Of a stretch of DNA of 64,000 nt, positions 36,671 to 46,082 are shown one piece after another; the first letter of the stretch is position 1; every line of letters begins with the position of its first letter. The stretch is taken from IMG/VR virus record IMGVR_UViG_3300033074_002207, one strand, 5' to 3'. The stretch comes from a virus. Its lineage: Duplodnaviria > Heunggongvirae > Uroviricota > Caudoviricetes. The notes under the pieces were generated by a model. That model was not told where the DNA came from, did not search any database, and was given only the letters and a program-made list of their open reading frames with translations. The position numbers were made by a program, and so were the translations under genes.

Positions 36671-38073
36671 AAGTAACACACACACCACTCATTCCTACAG
36701 AAGCGGCAAAAGCCGCAGGTAGACCATGTTTTACGCCCGAGCTACTAGCAGCTTCGGGCGCTCGTTATTCGCGCAACAACAGCGGCATCGAAGAAATTTA
36801 TTCGAAGATAGATTTCAACAATTTAGATAAATCTGTCGATGGTATTTTTAAGATGGTTGATTATGGGCATCAATCTATCGCAGATATGACGCCAGTGGCT
36901 ATGTTTATGGATGAAATGTCGCTATACTTGGCATATCATTTATGGAGTATGTGCGCAGTTGTTGGCGGACAAGAATCTTCAACACGCTATATTAAAATCA
37001 GCGTAGATGGCGTAGTTGACCCTGATATTTTGGGCATTCCCAAGGAACATCAGGCTGACTGGAGACAGTTTATTGCCAACTCGTTTGTGGCATATAATGA
37101 CGCTGTTAATTTTTGGGAAAATTTAAGCCGCGAAAATCCATCAATGATGCGTATTCCAGAATCTGTCATCAACGATACTAGCGACAAGGGCGTTAAGGTG
37201 TTGGAGCGAATGAGGCGCAACTATGTCTTTGACCGCGCAAGATATTTTTTGCCGCTGGGCGCAGCAACTAATGTGATGATGGTGATGCCAGCGCGAGAGT
37301 GGGTGAAGCTTATCAATGATTTGTTATCTAGCAGTATTATAGAATTTAATATGCTAGGTGAGGCATTGAGAGTAGAACTTGATTTGTGCGCACCAAGACT
37401 CCTGCGACATGCTATTGCAACAGATTCTACTATTGCTGTTGTTCAGGATGAGTTTGAATGGGCTAGAAAGAATGCCGATTTTGTCTGGAGTCGTTATGAA
37501 GAGCCTGGTAAACCATACCTGAAGGTTTTTCCCCCAAATGATTGCGGTGATTTTATTGGGTGTGATGACAAAGATTATCCGATAGCATTGCAGCACCGAA
37601 CCAATAGATATTCTCGCTTTGGTAGCTCTATTCGAAGAACAGGAGTGCGATTTGGCTGGAATGCTGTCGCAATGGCAGAAATACGTGACTTGAATCGCCA
37701 CAGAACAGGAGAAAAGTTCTGTCCTTTAATTCCGCTGGGTTTTTATGCCGCCTTAGACCAGCTTCCCGAGGGTATAGGCGACAATACCATTAGTGATTTA
37801 GCCACCTGGGGCGCAAATAGAACCACAGAAGCTAGAAACATGCTAGCAAATGACAGTAATCACAGCTATATGTATTACACTCTTTTGGGCTCAGAATTTC
37901 CATTCGAGCACCTAACCACGGCGAACCATTTTCTATATGAAGCGGAGCTACGAACTGGCGTTGGAGCGCATTATAGATATGCAAAGCATCTCAAGGACGT
38001 GTTGCAGTTGTGGTACCAACTTTATCCAGATACCAAGCGTTATATTTTCGAGGGTAGCGCAGAGCCCGAATAA
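36667..38073 (+). CDS. hypothetical protein (468 aa)
   Basis: start overlaps the stop of the upstream gene (ATGA). Confidence 0.45.
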   Translation: MKVTHTPLIPTEAAKAAGRPCFTPELLAASGARYSRNNSGIEEIYSKIDFNNLDKSVDGIFKMVDYGHQSIADMTPVAMFMDEMSLYLAYHLWSMCAVVGGQESSTRYIKISVDGVVDPDILGIPKEHQADWRQFIANSFVAYNDAVNFWENLSRENPSMMRIPESVINDTSDKGVKVLERMRRNYVFDRARYFLPLGAATNVMMVMPAREWVKLINDLLSSSIIEFNMLGEALRVELDLCAPRLLRHAIATDSTIAVVQDEFEWARKNADFVWSRYEEPGKPYLKVFPPNDCGDFIGCDDKDYPIALQHRTNRYSRFGSSIRRTGVRFGWNAVAMAEIRDLNRHRTGEKFCPLIPLGFYAALDQLPEGIGDNTISDLATWGANRTTEARNMLANDSNHSYMYYTLLGSEFPFEHLTTANHFLYEAELRTGVGAHYRYAKHLKDVLQLWYQLYPDTKRYIFEGSAEPE

Positions 38074-38074
38074 A

Positions 38075-38875
38075 CTATCGCTTGCCGTATAAAACGATTT
38101 TATCCTTGCTCTCAAGTTTAATTGTTTTATACGGCTTGCCACAAGCAACCCCAGTATCAGTTAACAGTTGATACACCACTCCATGATTGGCTATTTTTTG
38201 TTGACATTGTTGTAACTCGTCAAAGGTGCAATCCTCCCCAACCACAGCACTCACACAGGCGTCATTGTCAACAATTGATTTTAACCTAAACATATTAGAA
38301 ATCAGCTTATGTTTGTCCGCATCAGCAGACGGATGGATATACACAGGCGATATTGCAGAAGTTTGTTCCAATGCGATGAATGCTATTTCTGGAGTGCAAG
38401 GTTTGCCATCTAGTGCATCAGCAATTTTAAGTCCTAATTGTGCTTCGCTCAAGGGTGCAGATTCGGTAAACGACACTTGCTCTTCGCCAAGTCCGTGCAA
38501 AATATAATGGTCTCGCGTCATCCCCCAGACATTAGACAATTTCGCCATTCCATCGGTTTTTAATTTGCTTTTTATCCAATCAATGTCTTCATTTGATGGG
38601 CAGTCGTGCGCCCACATAAAAATTAAATCCCACCCTGTTGCAAACATCAAGCCCGCTCTCACGCCTAGTATCTCTGGGTTTACTGCCCAATCCAGCGCTT
38701 TTTCAAGCGTAAAGGCATCATCGGTGTGTGTCAGCCAACTCAATTCTTTCGTTGTGGGCTTTTTGCCCAGAAAAATAAAGAGTCTTTTGGAATCATACCG
38801 TCTGTGAATACGGCTTGATGCTATAATAGCATCGTTGATATTCTTGCATAAAACAACCAGTGTGTCGTGCGCCAT
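38075..38875 (-). CDS. hypothetical protein
   Basis: 266-aa ORF. Confidence 0.4.
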   Translation of the reverse strand: MAHDTLVVLCKNINDAIIASSRIHRRYDSKRLFIFLGKKPTTKELSWLTHTDDAFTLEKALDWAVNPEILGVRAGLMFATGWDLIFMWAHDCPSNEDIDWIKSKLKTDGMAKLSNVWGMTRDHYILHGLGEEQVSFTESAPLSEAQLGLKIADALDGKPCTPEIAFIALEQTSAISPVYIHPSADADKHKLISNMFRLKSIVDNDACVSAVVGEDCTFDELQQCQQKIANHGVVYQLLTDTGVACGKPYKTIKLESKDKIVLYGKR

Positions 38876-39026
38876 GTTCTATTTTTACAAAAAAAAGTCG
38901 ATTTGCGATGGTTTGTGTAAAAATGGAGTATAATAGAATACGACAATAGAAGAGGATGCTACAAATCGCTGGGTAACACGGTCACAAGGCGAAGCGCGTA
39001 TCCTCAATCGTCAAAGGAAAAAACTA

Positions 39027-39476
39027 ATGAAGAAACTCGTATTAGCAATCGGACTTATGGTTGCCACTGTGTCTGCTTTCGCGCAGACCAATCGGCTTCC
39101 AGTTGATGCCGGAACTCCTCGGGGTCAGGTGTCTGCACAATCATCTTCGTTCTTTATGGATGAGAAGGGCTTTAACTATCTCTATCTCAACGATGGACAC
39201 GACAATCTTGCGGCTATCAGCTACACTATTGCTCCAATTCGAGGCACCAATGGTCGCCTTCGACTTCAGGCGCTCGGTGCGGCTGACCCCACTGACTTGA
39301 ACAACAAGGCTTATTTGACTATGGGTCTTGGTTACAACCTGTTCAACAGCGCAAGCGGATTTCGACTTGACCTGTTTGCTGGACCCAAGGGCTTCAACGC
39401 CGCTGACGGTTTCAAGTTCCAGAGCGGTCGAAACAGCTTTGTTTTTGGTGTTGGATTCTCAATCCCCCTCAACTAA
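39027..39476 (+). CDS. secreted / outer-membrane beta-barrel-like small protein
   Basis: signal peptide MKKLVLAIGLMVATVSAFAQ; alternating beta-type pattern, C-terminal aromatic. Confidence 0.5.
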   Translation: MKKLVLAIGLMVATVSAFAQTNRLPVDAGTPRGQVSAQSSSFFMDEKGFNYLYLNDGHDNLAAISYTIAPIRGTNGRLRLQALGAADPTDLNNKAYLTMGLGYNLFNSASGFRLDLFAGPKGFNAADGFKFQSGRNSFVFGVGFSIPLN

Positions 39477-39541
39477 CAAGCTGAAAATTCGGTAATAACC
39501 TGTATAGGCAGCGGGGGTGCATTTCTCCCTGCTGCCTATTT

Positions 39542-39570
39542 TTCCTCATAAATACCTGGTGAGAATAATA
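39542..39570 (+). promoter_or_regulatory. promoter: TTCCTC-17-ATAATA
   Basis: ttcctc ataaatacctggtgaga ataata. Confidence 0.45.
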
Positions 39571-39574
39571 ATAT

Positions 39575-40024
39575 ATGGCTACACTACATCGAGCTATAAT
39601 GATTTCAACAATCGCATTCGATGGCGTCTTCGACAAAGGCGGTGTACCCTTCTTTTTGCACCAGGTTAGGGTTTCACTCAAGGGAAAAACCGAGGATGAA
39701 CGAATCGTAGGCATGCTCCATGATTTGGTGGAGGATGTTGATGGGTGGACTTGTGAGCGACTTCTGGAAGAGGGCTTCGCTCCCCACATAGTGCAAGCAG
39801 TTGACAACCTCACACGAAGGAAGGGAGAAACATACGCTGAATTTATCGAGCGGTGTTGTTTAAGCCTGTTGTCTATCAACGTCAAATTGTATGACCTTGA
39901 AGACAACATGGACATCAACCGTCTTATTCTGGTGACAGACCAAGATATGAACCGAATGAAGCGATATCACAAGGCACGACAAACTTTGCTAGAGGCAAAA
40001 GAAAAGTGGCTTACAATCATGTAA
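39575..40024 (+). CDS. small HD-domain hydrolase of the RelA/SpoT (p)ppGpp-hydrolase type (SAH/Mesh1-like)
   Basis: H..R...HDLVEDV motif (LHQVRV...GMLHDLVEDVDGWT) as in the SpoT hydrolase domain. Confidence 0.65.
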   Translation: MATLHRAIMISTIAFDGVFDKGGVPFFLHQVRVSLKGKTEDERIVGMLHDLVEDVDGWTCERLLEEGFAPHIVQAVDNLTRRKGETYAEFIERCCLSLLSINVKLYDLEDNMDINRLILVTDQDMNRMKRYHKARQTLLEAKEKWLTIM

Positions 40025-40034
40025 AATAAACCAA

Positions 40035-40829
40035 ATGATTTATGCAATTTCAGATATACACGGCGACAAAAAGCAGGCAATAAAATTGCTTCAAAAACAC
40101 AACGTCATTGATGGCGAGAATCAATGGATTGCCAAAACCTCTACACTTGTGGTTAATGGTGATTCAACAGACCGTGGGACTGATGGTATAGGTGTACTTC
40201 GCTTTTTTTACAATCTTGCTCAAGAGGCAGAATCACATGGCGGAAGGGTTATTCACACGATGGGGAATCACGATGCTTTAATTTTGTGTATAGCCCTACA
40301 TGCTTACAAGGAAGATTATAACTACGAACACTCATATGTTTTCAGGGGCAATGGCGGAAAGGCACACGAGGCTATATCTCTTTCCAGACTGCATGATTTG
40401 CGAAAATATGTACAGTCTTTTCCATTGATGTGTCGTGTTGATGATGTTTTATTTCAACATGCCGATGGTTTTGAAATTTATGAGTTAGCGTCAAAGGATG
40501 GCACCACGCCAGAAGAAAAGATTAGAGCAGCAAATGATTATTGCCGCTCAAAAGCCAATACTGCTTGGGGTGCATGGAATTTGTTTTATGACTTAACCGA
40601 CGAGCGTTATTGGCGAAATAGTGGCGAGTTGATACCAGAGTATCTGGAGTCTTTCGGTGCGCGTATGGTTGTGCATGGACACACGGGTTTTCATGGCGAT
40701 TCACCTCATTTCTACCTAGATAATCAGGTTGTTAATATTGATGCCATTTTGAGTCGTGGATACCGGGCAGATGAAGACAGAGGATGCGTGCTGGTGATTG
40801 ATAGCCCCGGAACTGATATCGTTGTCTAG
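40035..40829 (+). CDS. calcineurin-like metallophosphoesterase (ApaH/PP-type Ser/Thr phosphatase family)
   Basis: DIHGD, GDSTDRG, GNHD motifs. Confidence 0.8.
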   Translation: MIYAISDIHGDKKQAIKLLQKHNVIDGENQWIAKTSTLVVNGDSTDRGTDGIGVLRFFYNLAQEAESHGGRVIHTMGNHDALILCIALHAYKEDYNYEHSYVFRGNGGKAHEAISLSRLHDLRKYVQSFPLMCRVDDVLFQHADGFEIYELASKDGTTPEEKIRAANDYCRSKANTAWGAWNLFYDLTDERYWRNSGELIPEYLESFGARMVVHGHTGFHGDSPHFYLDNQVVNIDAILSRGYRADEDRGCVLVIDSPGTDIVV

Positions 40830-40830
40830 T

Positions 40831-40859
40831 TTCCTCAAAACGCCTCTAAGCATGATATA
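40831..40859 (+). promoter_or_regulatory. promoter: TTCCTC-17-GATATA, overlapping a 14-bp inverted repeat (cgcctctaagcatg / catgtttagaggcg)
   Basis: sequence. Confidence 0.45.
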
Positions 40860-40864
40860 AAAAC

Positions 40865-41128
40865 ATGTTTAGAGGCGTCAAAACCCCAATTCCAACCTAT
40901 CTCTCGATAGATATTGATTTTTTCGGATATCCATTTCTTGCCAGTTTAGAAGAGTTTGAGTTGTTTTTAGAGGGTGTTGCCAAATTTTCATCTGATAACA
41001 ATATTTTAATTCAAGCTATGGTCAACCACCCACGACTGAAAGTCGTGGGCTTGTTACAAGCGCCGAAGGCGCGAACAATAGGGAGATTGACTGCTCCCCT
41101 AAAGAAGCTATATTCTTACTGGCATTAA
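40865..41128 (+). CDS. hypothetical ORF whose 3' half overlaps the IS right-end hairpin; possibly a 5' remnant of a gene disrupted by the IS
   Basis: SIDIDFFGYPF (SxDxD) motif; the ORF reads into the IS end. Confidence 0.3.
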   Translation: MFRGVKTPIPTYLSIDIDFFGYPFLASLEEFELFLEGVAKFSSDNNILIQAMVNHPRLKVVGLLQAPKARTIGRLTAPLKKLYSYWH

Positions 41129-42262
41129 AGTCAGCATTCTCTGTGTGTCCGCAGGACACACAGAGAAACAAAGATTGACTCTTTCTATTGGCCTTTTCAC
41201 AATGTCCACATTCGCTACACGTCTGCGACGTGTAGCGAGCAGGGATAATAGCTAAAGGCACTCCATAGAGTTCAGCTTTGTAAGCAATGTAGCTTCTGAG
41301 TTGGGCGAACGCCCAACTCATTCTTTGACTTCTATTCACCCGCTTGACCGTTACTCTTTTATTGATATTTGTTAGCTCTTCGAGAGCTAACAAATATCCG
41401 AGTGCCTTTGCTTTTGTTACTAGAAGTTTTGAAATGACGTGATTGACGTCTCTTCTGAATCTGGATTCTTTTTGTCCAGCTTTCTTGACTCTTCTCATTG
41501 CAGAGCGCGTTCCGCGCTTCTGCAATCGTTGGCGATGAGCATGATACTGCTTTCGTTTCTTCTCGATGTGCTCTCCTGAGAACACATCTCCCAAAGAACT
41601 TACGGCAATTTTGTTCACTCCCAAGTCGATGCCTATGACGCCCTTGGCGTCATAGGCTGATGCTGTTGGGATTTCCAAGTTGCAGAGCAAGTAGAACTTG
41701 TTGTTTTGATAGACTAAATCTACTTGTCCTCTTCTAAATTTGAATCTGTCTTTGTCGTAGACTTGGATTGGAATTTCCATTCTCCCATCATTAGTCCAGA
41801 TACTGACAGTCCCTGAATCCCTGAAAGTAATCACTCTGTCGTCGTAGACGACAGCAGAAGTCTTCTTGAAGAAGTTCCTCTGATGTCTATTTCTCTTCAC
41901 TTTATAGGAGTCGCTCACGACTCCTATAGCTCGTACAACGAGCTGGGAAGAGAAGTCGGGCAGCGCTTCGCGCTGCCCTCTATACACCATATGATGTAGC
42001 TGAACTTTTTGATACTCTTTGGCTTCAAATGCTTGATTGGAAATATCGTTGCAAATATCGTTGAAAGTATTCATAGTGCGCAGAAGCGCACTATGTTGAA
42101 TCTCATTTGTATTGAGCTTCACTTTCAAAGTGATATTCACAATAAGGATTTTATGGTAGAAATGCTTTTTGTCCTTGTTGTTTTGAACAAATGTGCTATA
42201 ATTATTTCAGAGGCTCGATTCCTCCCACGATTAAAGTCGTGGGTTTCCTCTCGCAATTATCA
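41000..42262 (-). mobile_element. IS200/IS605-family insertion sequence carrying only tnpB (IS1341-like), with subterminal hairpins at both ends
   Basis: hairpins cccacgac-tgaaa-gtcgtggg at about 41027-41050 and cccacga-ttaaa-gtcgtggg at about 42225-42245; boundaries approximate. Confidence 0.6.
41022..42140 (-). CDS. tnpB: TnpB (OrfB) RuvC-like RNA-guided nuclease / IS605 accessory protein
   Basis: C-terminal RuvC-III plus zinc finger ...ARYTSQTCSECGH...CVSCGHTENADFNASKNI. Confidence 0.8.
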   Translation of the reverse strand: MNITLKVKLNTNEIQHSALLRTMNTFNDICNDISNQAFEAKEYQKVQLHHMVYRGQREALPDFSSQLVVRAIGVVSDSYKVKRNRHQRNFFKKTSAVVYDDRVITFRDSGTVSIWTNDGRMEIPIQVYDKDRFKFRRGQVDLVYQNNKFYLLCNLEIPTASAYDAKGVIGIDLGVNKIAVSSLGDVFSGEHIEKKRKQYHAHRQRLQKRGTRSAMRRVKKAGQKESRFRRDVNHVISKLLVTKAKALGYLLALEELTNINKRVTVKRVNRSQRMSWAFAQLRSYIAYKAELYGVPLAIIPARYTSQTCSECGHCEKANRKSQSLFLCVSCGHTENADFNASKNIASLGEQSISLLFAPSALVTSPRLSVVGG

Positions 42263-42720
42263 TGAATCATCATCAAATGCTCAGGTGTGTTAATCAATCT
42301 CATGCCCGTCGCTTGGTAAATTTAGATGCGCACTCGGATTTGGCTAACAAAGATGTTGATGAACTCAACATTGGAACTTGGATTTCTTATGTGAAGTGGC
42401 GCAAACAGGGGCAGTATATTTGGCTTCGTAACGCAAGTGACCCCTACGGGGGAGAGTGTGGATATAGTTTTACTTATCCACACGCCCGACATACTGATTG
42501 GAGTTCTGTGACAACTCATCATATTGATTATGTTCCAACTCTTCGAGATTTAAACAAAATGTCTGTGGTGGAAATTGGCATGTGCATGTCTCCAGCTTTT
42601 TGCGAGAAAGACCACGAAATGTCTTTCGTTCATTGGCTCAAAGAAAATAAAATTCAATATCGCAAAGGGTATCGAGATGAACACAAATCATATCGAGCAA
42701 TTTCTCCGCCCAAGCGCTAA
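42262..42720 (+). CDS. hypothetical protein (DAHSD motif)
   Basis: 152-aa ORF abutting the IS left end. Confidence 0.35.
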   Translation: MNHHQMLRCVNQSHARRLVNLDAHSDLANKDVDELNIGTWISYVKWRKQGQYIWLRNASDPYGGECGYSFTYPHARHTDWSSVTTHHIDYVPTLRDLNKMSVVEIGMCMSPAFCEKDHEMSFVHWLKENKIQYRKGYRDEHKSYRAISPPKR

Positions 42721-42723
42721 ATA

Positions 42724-42800
42724 AGAGATTCCTCAAAATGATTTGAGGTAAGATAAGAAAGATATGGCAATCATAAAGTCAGCCCTAGACACCGATTTGT
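42724..42800 (+). repeat. direct repeat copy 1: duplicated pncB promoter + first about 15 codons (MAIIKSALDTDLYKS...)
   Basis: gattcctcaaaatgatttgaggtaagataagaaagatatggcaatcataaagtcagc versus the 43510-43586 copy. Confidence 0.65.
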
Positions 42801-42844
42801 ACAAATCTAAAGGTTGATGATACAGATTTGTAGAAATAGTTGTC

Positions 42845-43537
42845 ATGAACATTTTTATCTATGCGCTTCTTGATTTAGACAACAACCCGTTTTACGTTGG
42901 TAAAACCAACAATATAAAAAAAAGACAGCATGGGCATTTGAACATGGCGCGTCGTGGTTTTGTTTCGCCAGTGTATTCTAAAATTAGAAAATTGCAGAGA
43001 CAGGGCTGGTTATTTAATTTTCAAATTTTAGAATATTGTACAGAATTGAACTGCGATGAAAGGGAGCGATTTCATATTGCTCATCTAAAAGCCCAAGGAT
43101 TTAAATTAACAAATTTGGCAGAAGGCGGTGAGGGTGGATGCTCTTCTGAATCAGCAAGAAAAGGTGTGGAGACTCGCAGGAAAAATGGCACATTAGCTCA
43201 CACTGATGAATCTAAACAAAAGCTTTCAAAAGCACACAAGGGCATTTTGAAAACCGAAGAACACAAAGCTTCTCTTCGAAAAGCCTGGAAGCGTACACCG
43301 GAGCAACTTAAACAGCAAGGGCAAAAATCATCGGTTACGAGCAAAGGAAGAATCAACATCAAGCAATATAGGTGCGTAGACCCCAATGGCACAGAGCATA
43401 TAACATCGGAGGGGCTCACAAAATTTTGTGAAGAACACGGGTTGTTACGAGCAAATATGATTAAAGTTGCTAACGGAGAGCGTTCCAATCATAAAGGGTG
43501 GAAATGTGAAAGATTTCCTCAAAATGATTTGGGGTAA
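42845..43537 (+). CDS. GIY-YIG homing endonuclease with NUMOD-like C-terminal repeats
   Basis: IYALLDLDNNPFYVGKTNNIKKR...H...E; repeated ESKQKLSKAHKG / EHKASLRKAWK modules. Confidence 0.8.
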   Translation: MNIFIYALLDLDNNPFYVGKTNNIKKRQHGHLNMARRGFVSPVYSKIRKLQRQGWLFNFQILEYCTELNCDERERFHIAHLKAQGFKLTNLAEGGEGGCSSESARKGVETRRKNGTLAHTDESKQKLSKAHKGILKTEEHKASLRKAWKRTPEQLKQQGQKSSVTSKGRINIKQYRCVDPNGTEHITSEGLTKFCEEHGLLRANMIKVANGERSNHKGWKCERFPQNDLG

Positions 43538-43586
43538 GATAGTGAAATATGGCTATTATTAAATCTGCTGTAGATAATGACACATA
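43510..43586 (+). repeat. direct repeat copy 2 (functional pncB promoter and start)
   Basis: gatttcctcaaaatgatttggggtaagatagtgaaatatggctattattaaatctgc. Confidence 0.65.
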
Positions 43587-44754
43587 TAAATTTTCTATGC
43601 AACAGGCTGTATTGCACAACTACCCCGATGTTCCCGTTCGATACAATTTTGCTTGCCGAAGCAAAGGGGTGGATTTACGACCTTTTCGACAAGAAATTCG
43701 GGATGAAATTGACGCTCTAGAGGGTGTAATTTTTACCGGGCAAGAACTGGATTATCTCTCTGCGTTGCCTTGGGCAAAGCCTAGCTACATTGAATCGCTT
43801 CGCTCTTTCAGGTTTCATCCAGAATATATCAAGCTTGGTGAAAAGAACAATCAACTTACACTCACGTTTTCTGGCAACTGGTATGAGACGATTTTATTCG
43901 AAGTTCCAGTTTTGGCGATTATTGAAGAAGTGTACACACGCAACATGTTTCCTTTTACAATGGAGCGTGAGGTTCAGGCAAACCAGTTGCTTATTGATAA
44001 AATCAACTGGCTTCTAGCTCAGTTGTCTTCAAACAGCTTCCCTAATGCTTGTTCGGACTTTTTGCTGACAGAAATGGGAACGCGCCGACGATATTCGCGG
44101 GTGTGGCAAGAAACTGTAGTGCGACGATTGGCAGAGAAAATGCCGAAGAATTTAGTCGGCACAAGCAATATCTATTTGGCTAAGGAATATGGGTTGAAGC
44201 CCGTTGGCACAATGGCTCACGAATGGCTACAAGCCCATCAAGCACTTGCACCACTGCGAAAGTTTCAGAAAACTGCACTTGAAGTCTGGATGCATGAATA
44301 TCGAGGCTGGCTTGGAATTGCCCTATCCGATGTTGTTGGATTTGCAGCTTTTCTTGTCGATTTCGACATGCTTCTGTCGAAGGCATATGACGGCGCTCGG
44401 CATGACAGTGGCGACCCTGTTGACTGGGGGCATCAGCTTGTCAAGCACTACGAGAAACACTGGATTGACTCGCGCACTAAAACCGCCGTTTTTAGCGATG
44501 GATTGGACTTTGAGAAGGCTTTCGAGCTTTACAAAGAATTCAATGAGTTGTTCAAGATTTTCTTCGGCATTGGAACCTATCTGACAAACGATATGGGCGA
44601 TGATGCGCCGCCGCTTTCTATCGTTATCAAAATGGTAGAATGTTGCGGTGAGCCTGTGGCTAAACTTTCAGACAGTCCCGGTAAAGAGATGTGCGACAAC
44701 AACGTGTATCTCGATTATTTGCGACAATCCACCAGTAGAATTATCAATTCATAA
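43549..44754 (+). CDS. pncB: nicotinate phosphoribosyltransferase
   Basis: N-terminus DNDTYKFSMQQAVLHNYPDVPV parallels the PncB consensus LDTDAYKLHMQQAVFHHY. Confidence 0.75.
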   Translation: MAIIKSAVDNDTYKFSMQQAVLHNYPDVPVRYNFACRSKGVDLRPFRQEIRDEIDALEGVIFTGQELDYLSALPWAKPSYIESLRSFRFHPEYIKLGEKNNQLTLTFSGNWYETILFEVPVLAIIEEVYTRNMFPFTMEREVQANQLLIDKINWLLAQLSSNSFPNACSDFLLTEMGTRRRYSRVWQETVVRRLAEKMPKNLVGTSNIYLAKEYGLKPVGTMAHEWLQAHQALAPLRKFQKTALEVWMHEYRGWLGIALSDVVGFAAFLVDFDMLLSKAYDGARHDSGDPVDWGHQLVKHYEKHWIDSRTKTAVFSDGLDFEKAFELYKEFNELFKIFFGIGTYLTNDMGDDAPPLSIVIKMVECCGEPVAKLSDSPGKEMCDNNVYLDYLRQSTSRIINS

Positions 44755-44932
44755 AAAAGTGTACGATAATATGGAATAGTTTCTGTATATCACAAGTAAC
44801 ATGTGGATTGAAGATTGGGTACCATATCTTTTTATTTGTAGCGTCTTGATAGCTGCAAGTTTTAGTTCTGTTCGTGAAGCGGTGTTATACGTGGTTGTCA
44901 AAATAAAAAGTAAGCGCGGCGGTTTGTTGTAA

Positions 44933-45976
44933 ATGGCACGGTGGTACGAAACCAGAGCTAAGCTATACGAGGAATTTTCAGCAAATTTAGCGTTCCACGA
45001 ACCGCATAATAAGGGGTTGTTTAAATGCCCAATATGTCTTGATTTATTTACACAAGACTATTTAGTGTCAAAGCCTAATCAAAATGCCGTGGTGGTGGCG
45101 CATATTATTCCTAAAAGCTTTCTAAACGCTGGATACACACTATGTTGCATCAAATGTGACAGCAAATTTGGTTCAACCCTGGCTGGCGCAGAGCGTGTTC
45201 TTCGACATAATCTGAGATTGGCAAAATGGCGAAACAAGCCATATATCACACGCACAACATTTGAAACAACGCATGGCTCCGTCACTTTGTTGGCTGAAAT
45301 TACATGGGGAGAAAACGGGGAGCCACTACCCACATTTCGTGTAGATGAAATACCAAAAGGTATTAATCACGAAATGCTACTTGAACAATGCAATGCGTTT
45401 GTAACTCGTTCCCATACTGGTGAGCCGAATGATTTTACGCTCTGGAAGTCATATCTATATAACAGAAAAATCCGTTATGCAAATCTAAATTGGTGGCACA
45501 GTCTTTATCTTTTTATGTTTCATCACTTTGGATACCAATGGGTGTTAAACGACCCACGCGGCGAGTTGATTCGCAATCAACTTAACAATTTGAATGAAAA
45601 TATCATTCCTGAAATTTTCTTAGAGCCCAAGGTTTATCCACTCGTGGCACCATATGAAGCGCCGCCGCACGACCATCTACCACAGCGTCCAAGTTTGCGA
45701 TTTGGCATAGATAAAGATGGAAATGTTATCAACAGCGGTTATTTTATGGTTTTCCCCAAGCTTAATGAGACGATGGATAACATTACGCTATTCCTGCCTT
45801 GGAATTTTGAGACGTGTGTGGAGCGCCCAGAGCCTGTTAGTTTTACAGCAAGGCTAAAATATGGACATTCTGTTATTAAACACCGGATTCCAGATTATAT
45901 ATCGCCTGATGATGTGGTAAAATATCACATTCCCAATCAGGAGCAATCAAATGAATCTGTTTTCATTAATAGCTGA
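44933..45976 (+). CDS. hypothetical protein with Cys/His cluster (CPICLD...AHIIPKS...CIKCD), possible HNH-like fold
   Basis: 347-aa ORF. Confidence 0.35.
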   Translation: MARWYETRAKLYEEFSANLAFHEPHNKGLFKCPICLDLFTQDYLVSKPNQNAVVVAHIIPKSFLNAGYTLCCIKCDSKFGSTLAGAERVLRHNLRLAKWRNKPYITRTTFETTHGSVTLLAEITWGENGEPLPTFRVDEIPKGINHEMLLEQCNAFVTRSHTGEPNDFTLWKSYLYNRKIRYANLNWWHSLYLFMFHHFGYQWVLNDPRGELIRNQLNNLNENIIPEIFLEPKVYPLVAPYEAPPHDHLPQRPSLRFGIDKDGNVINSGYFMVFPKLNETMDNITLFLPWNFETCVERPEPVSFTARLKYGHSVIKHRIPDYISPDDVVKYHIPNQEQSNESVFINS

Positions 45977-46048
45977 ATACCCAATGACCACATTTACCAT
46001 CATCTTGCTTGGAATGGTAATTTACAAACATTTTCGTGAGTCAAAATA

Positions 46049-46077
46049 ATCCTCATTTGCCTGGGTGTTGTGATATA
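46049..46077 (+). promoter_or_regulatory. promoter: ATCCTC-17-GATATA
   Basis: atcctc atttgcctgggtgttgt gatata. Confidence 0.45.
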
Positions 46078-46082
46078 TTACT

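Noticed and set aside
36667-38073. ThyX (flavin-dependent thymidylate synthase) call for the 468-aa ORF based on RHR and SxRY tripeptides
   Set aside because: The two motifs are about 300 residues apart instead of contiguous as in RHRx7SxRY, and the protein is twice ThyX length. It is treated as hypothetical.
40865-42720. Calling the ORFs flanking the IS a split arginase/agmatinase
   Set aside because: SxDxD precedes DAHxD, the opposite of arginase order, and no GGDHS motif was found. The resemblance is probably fortuitous, so the ORFs are kept only as hypothetical and possibly disrupted.
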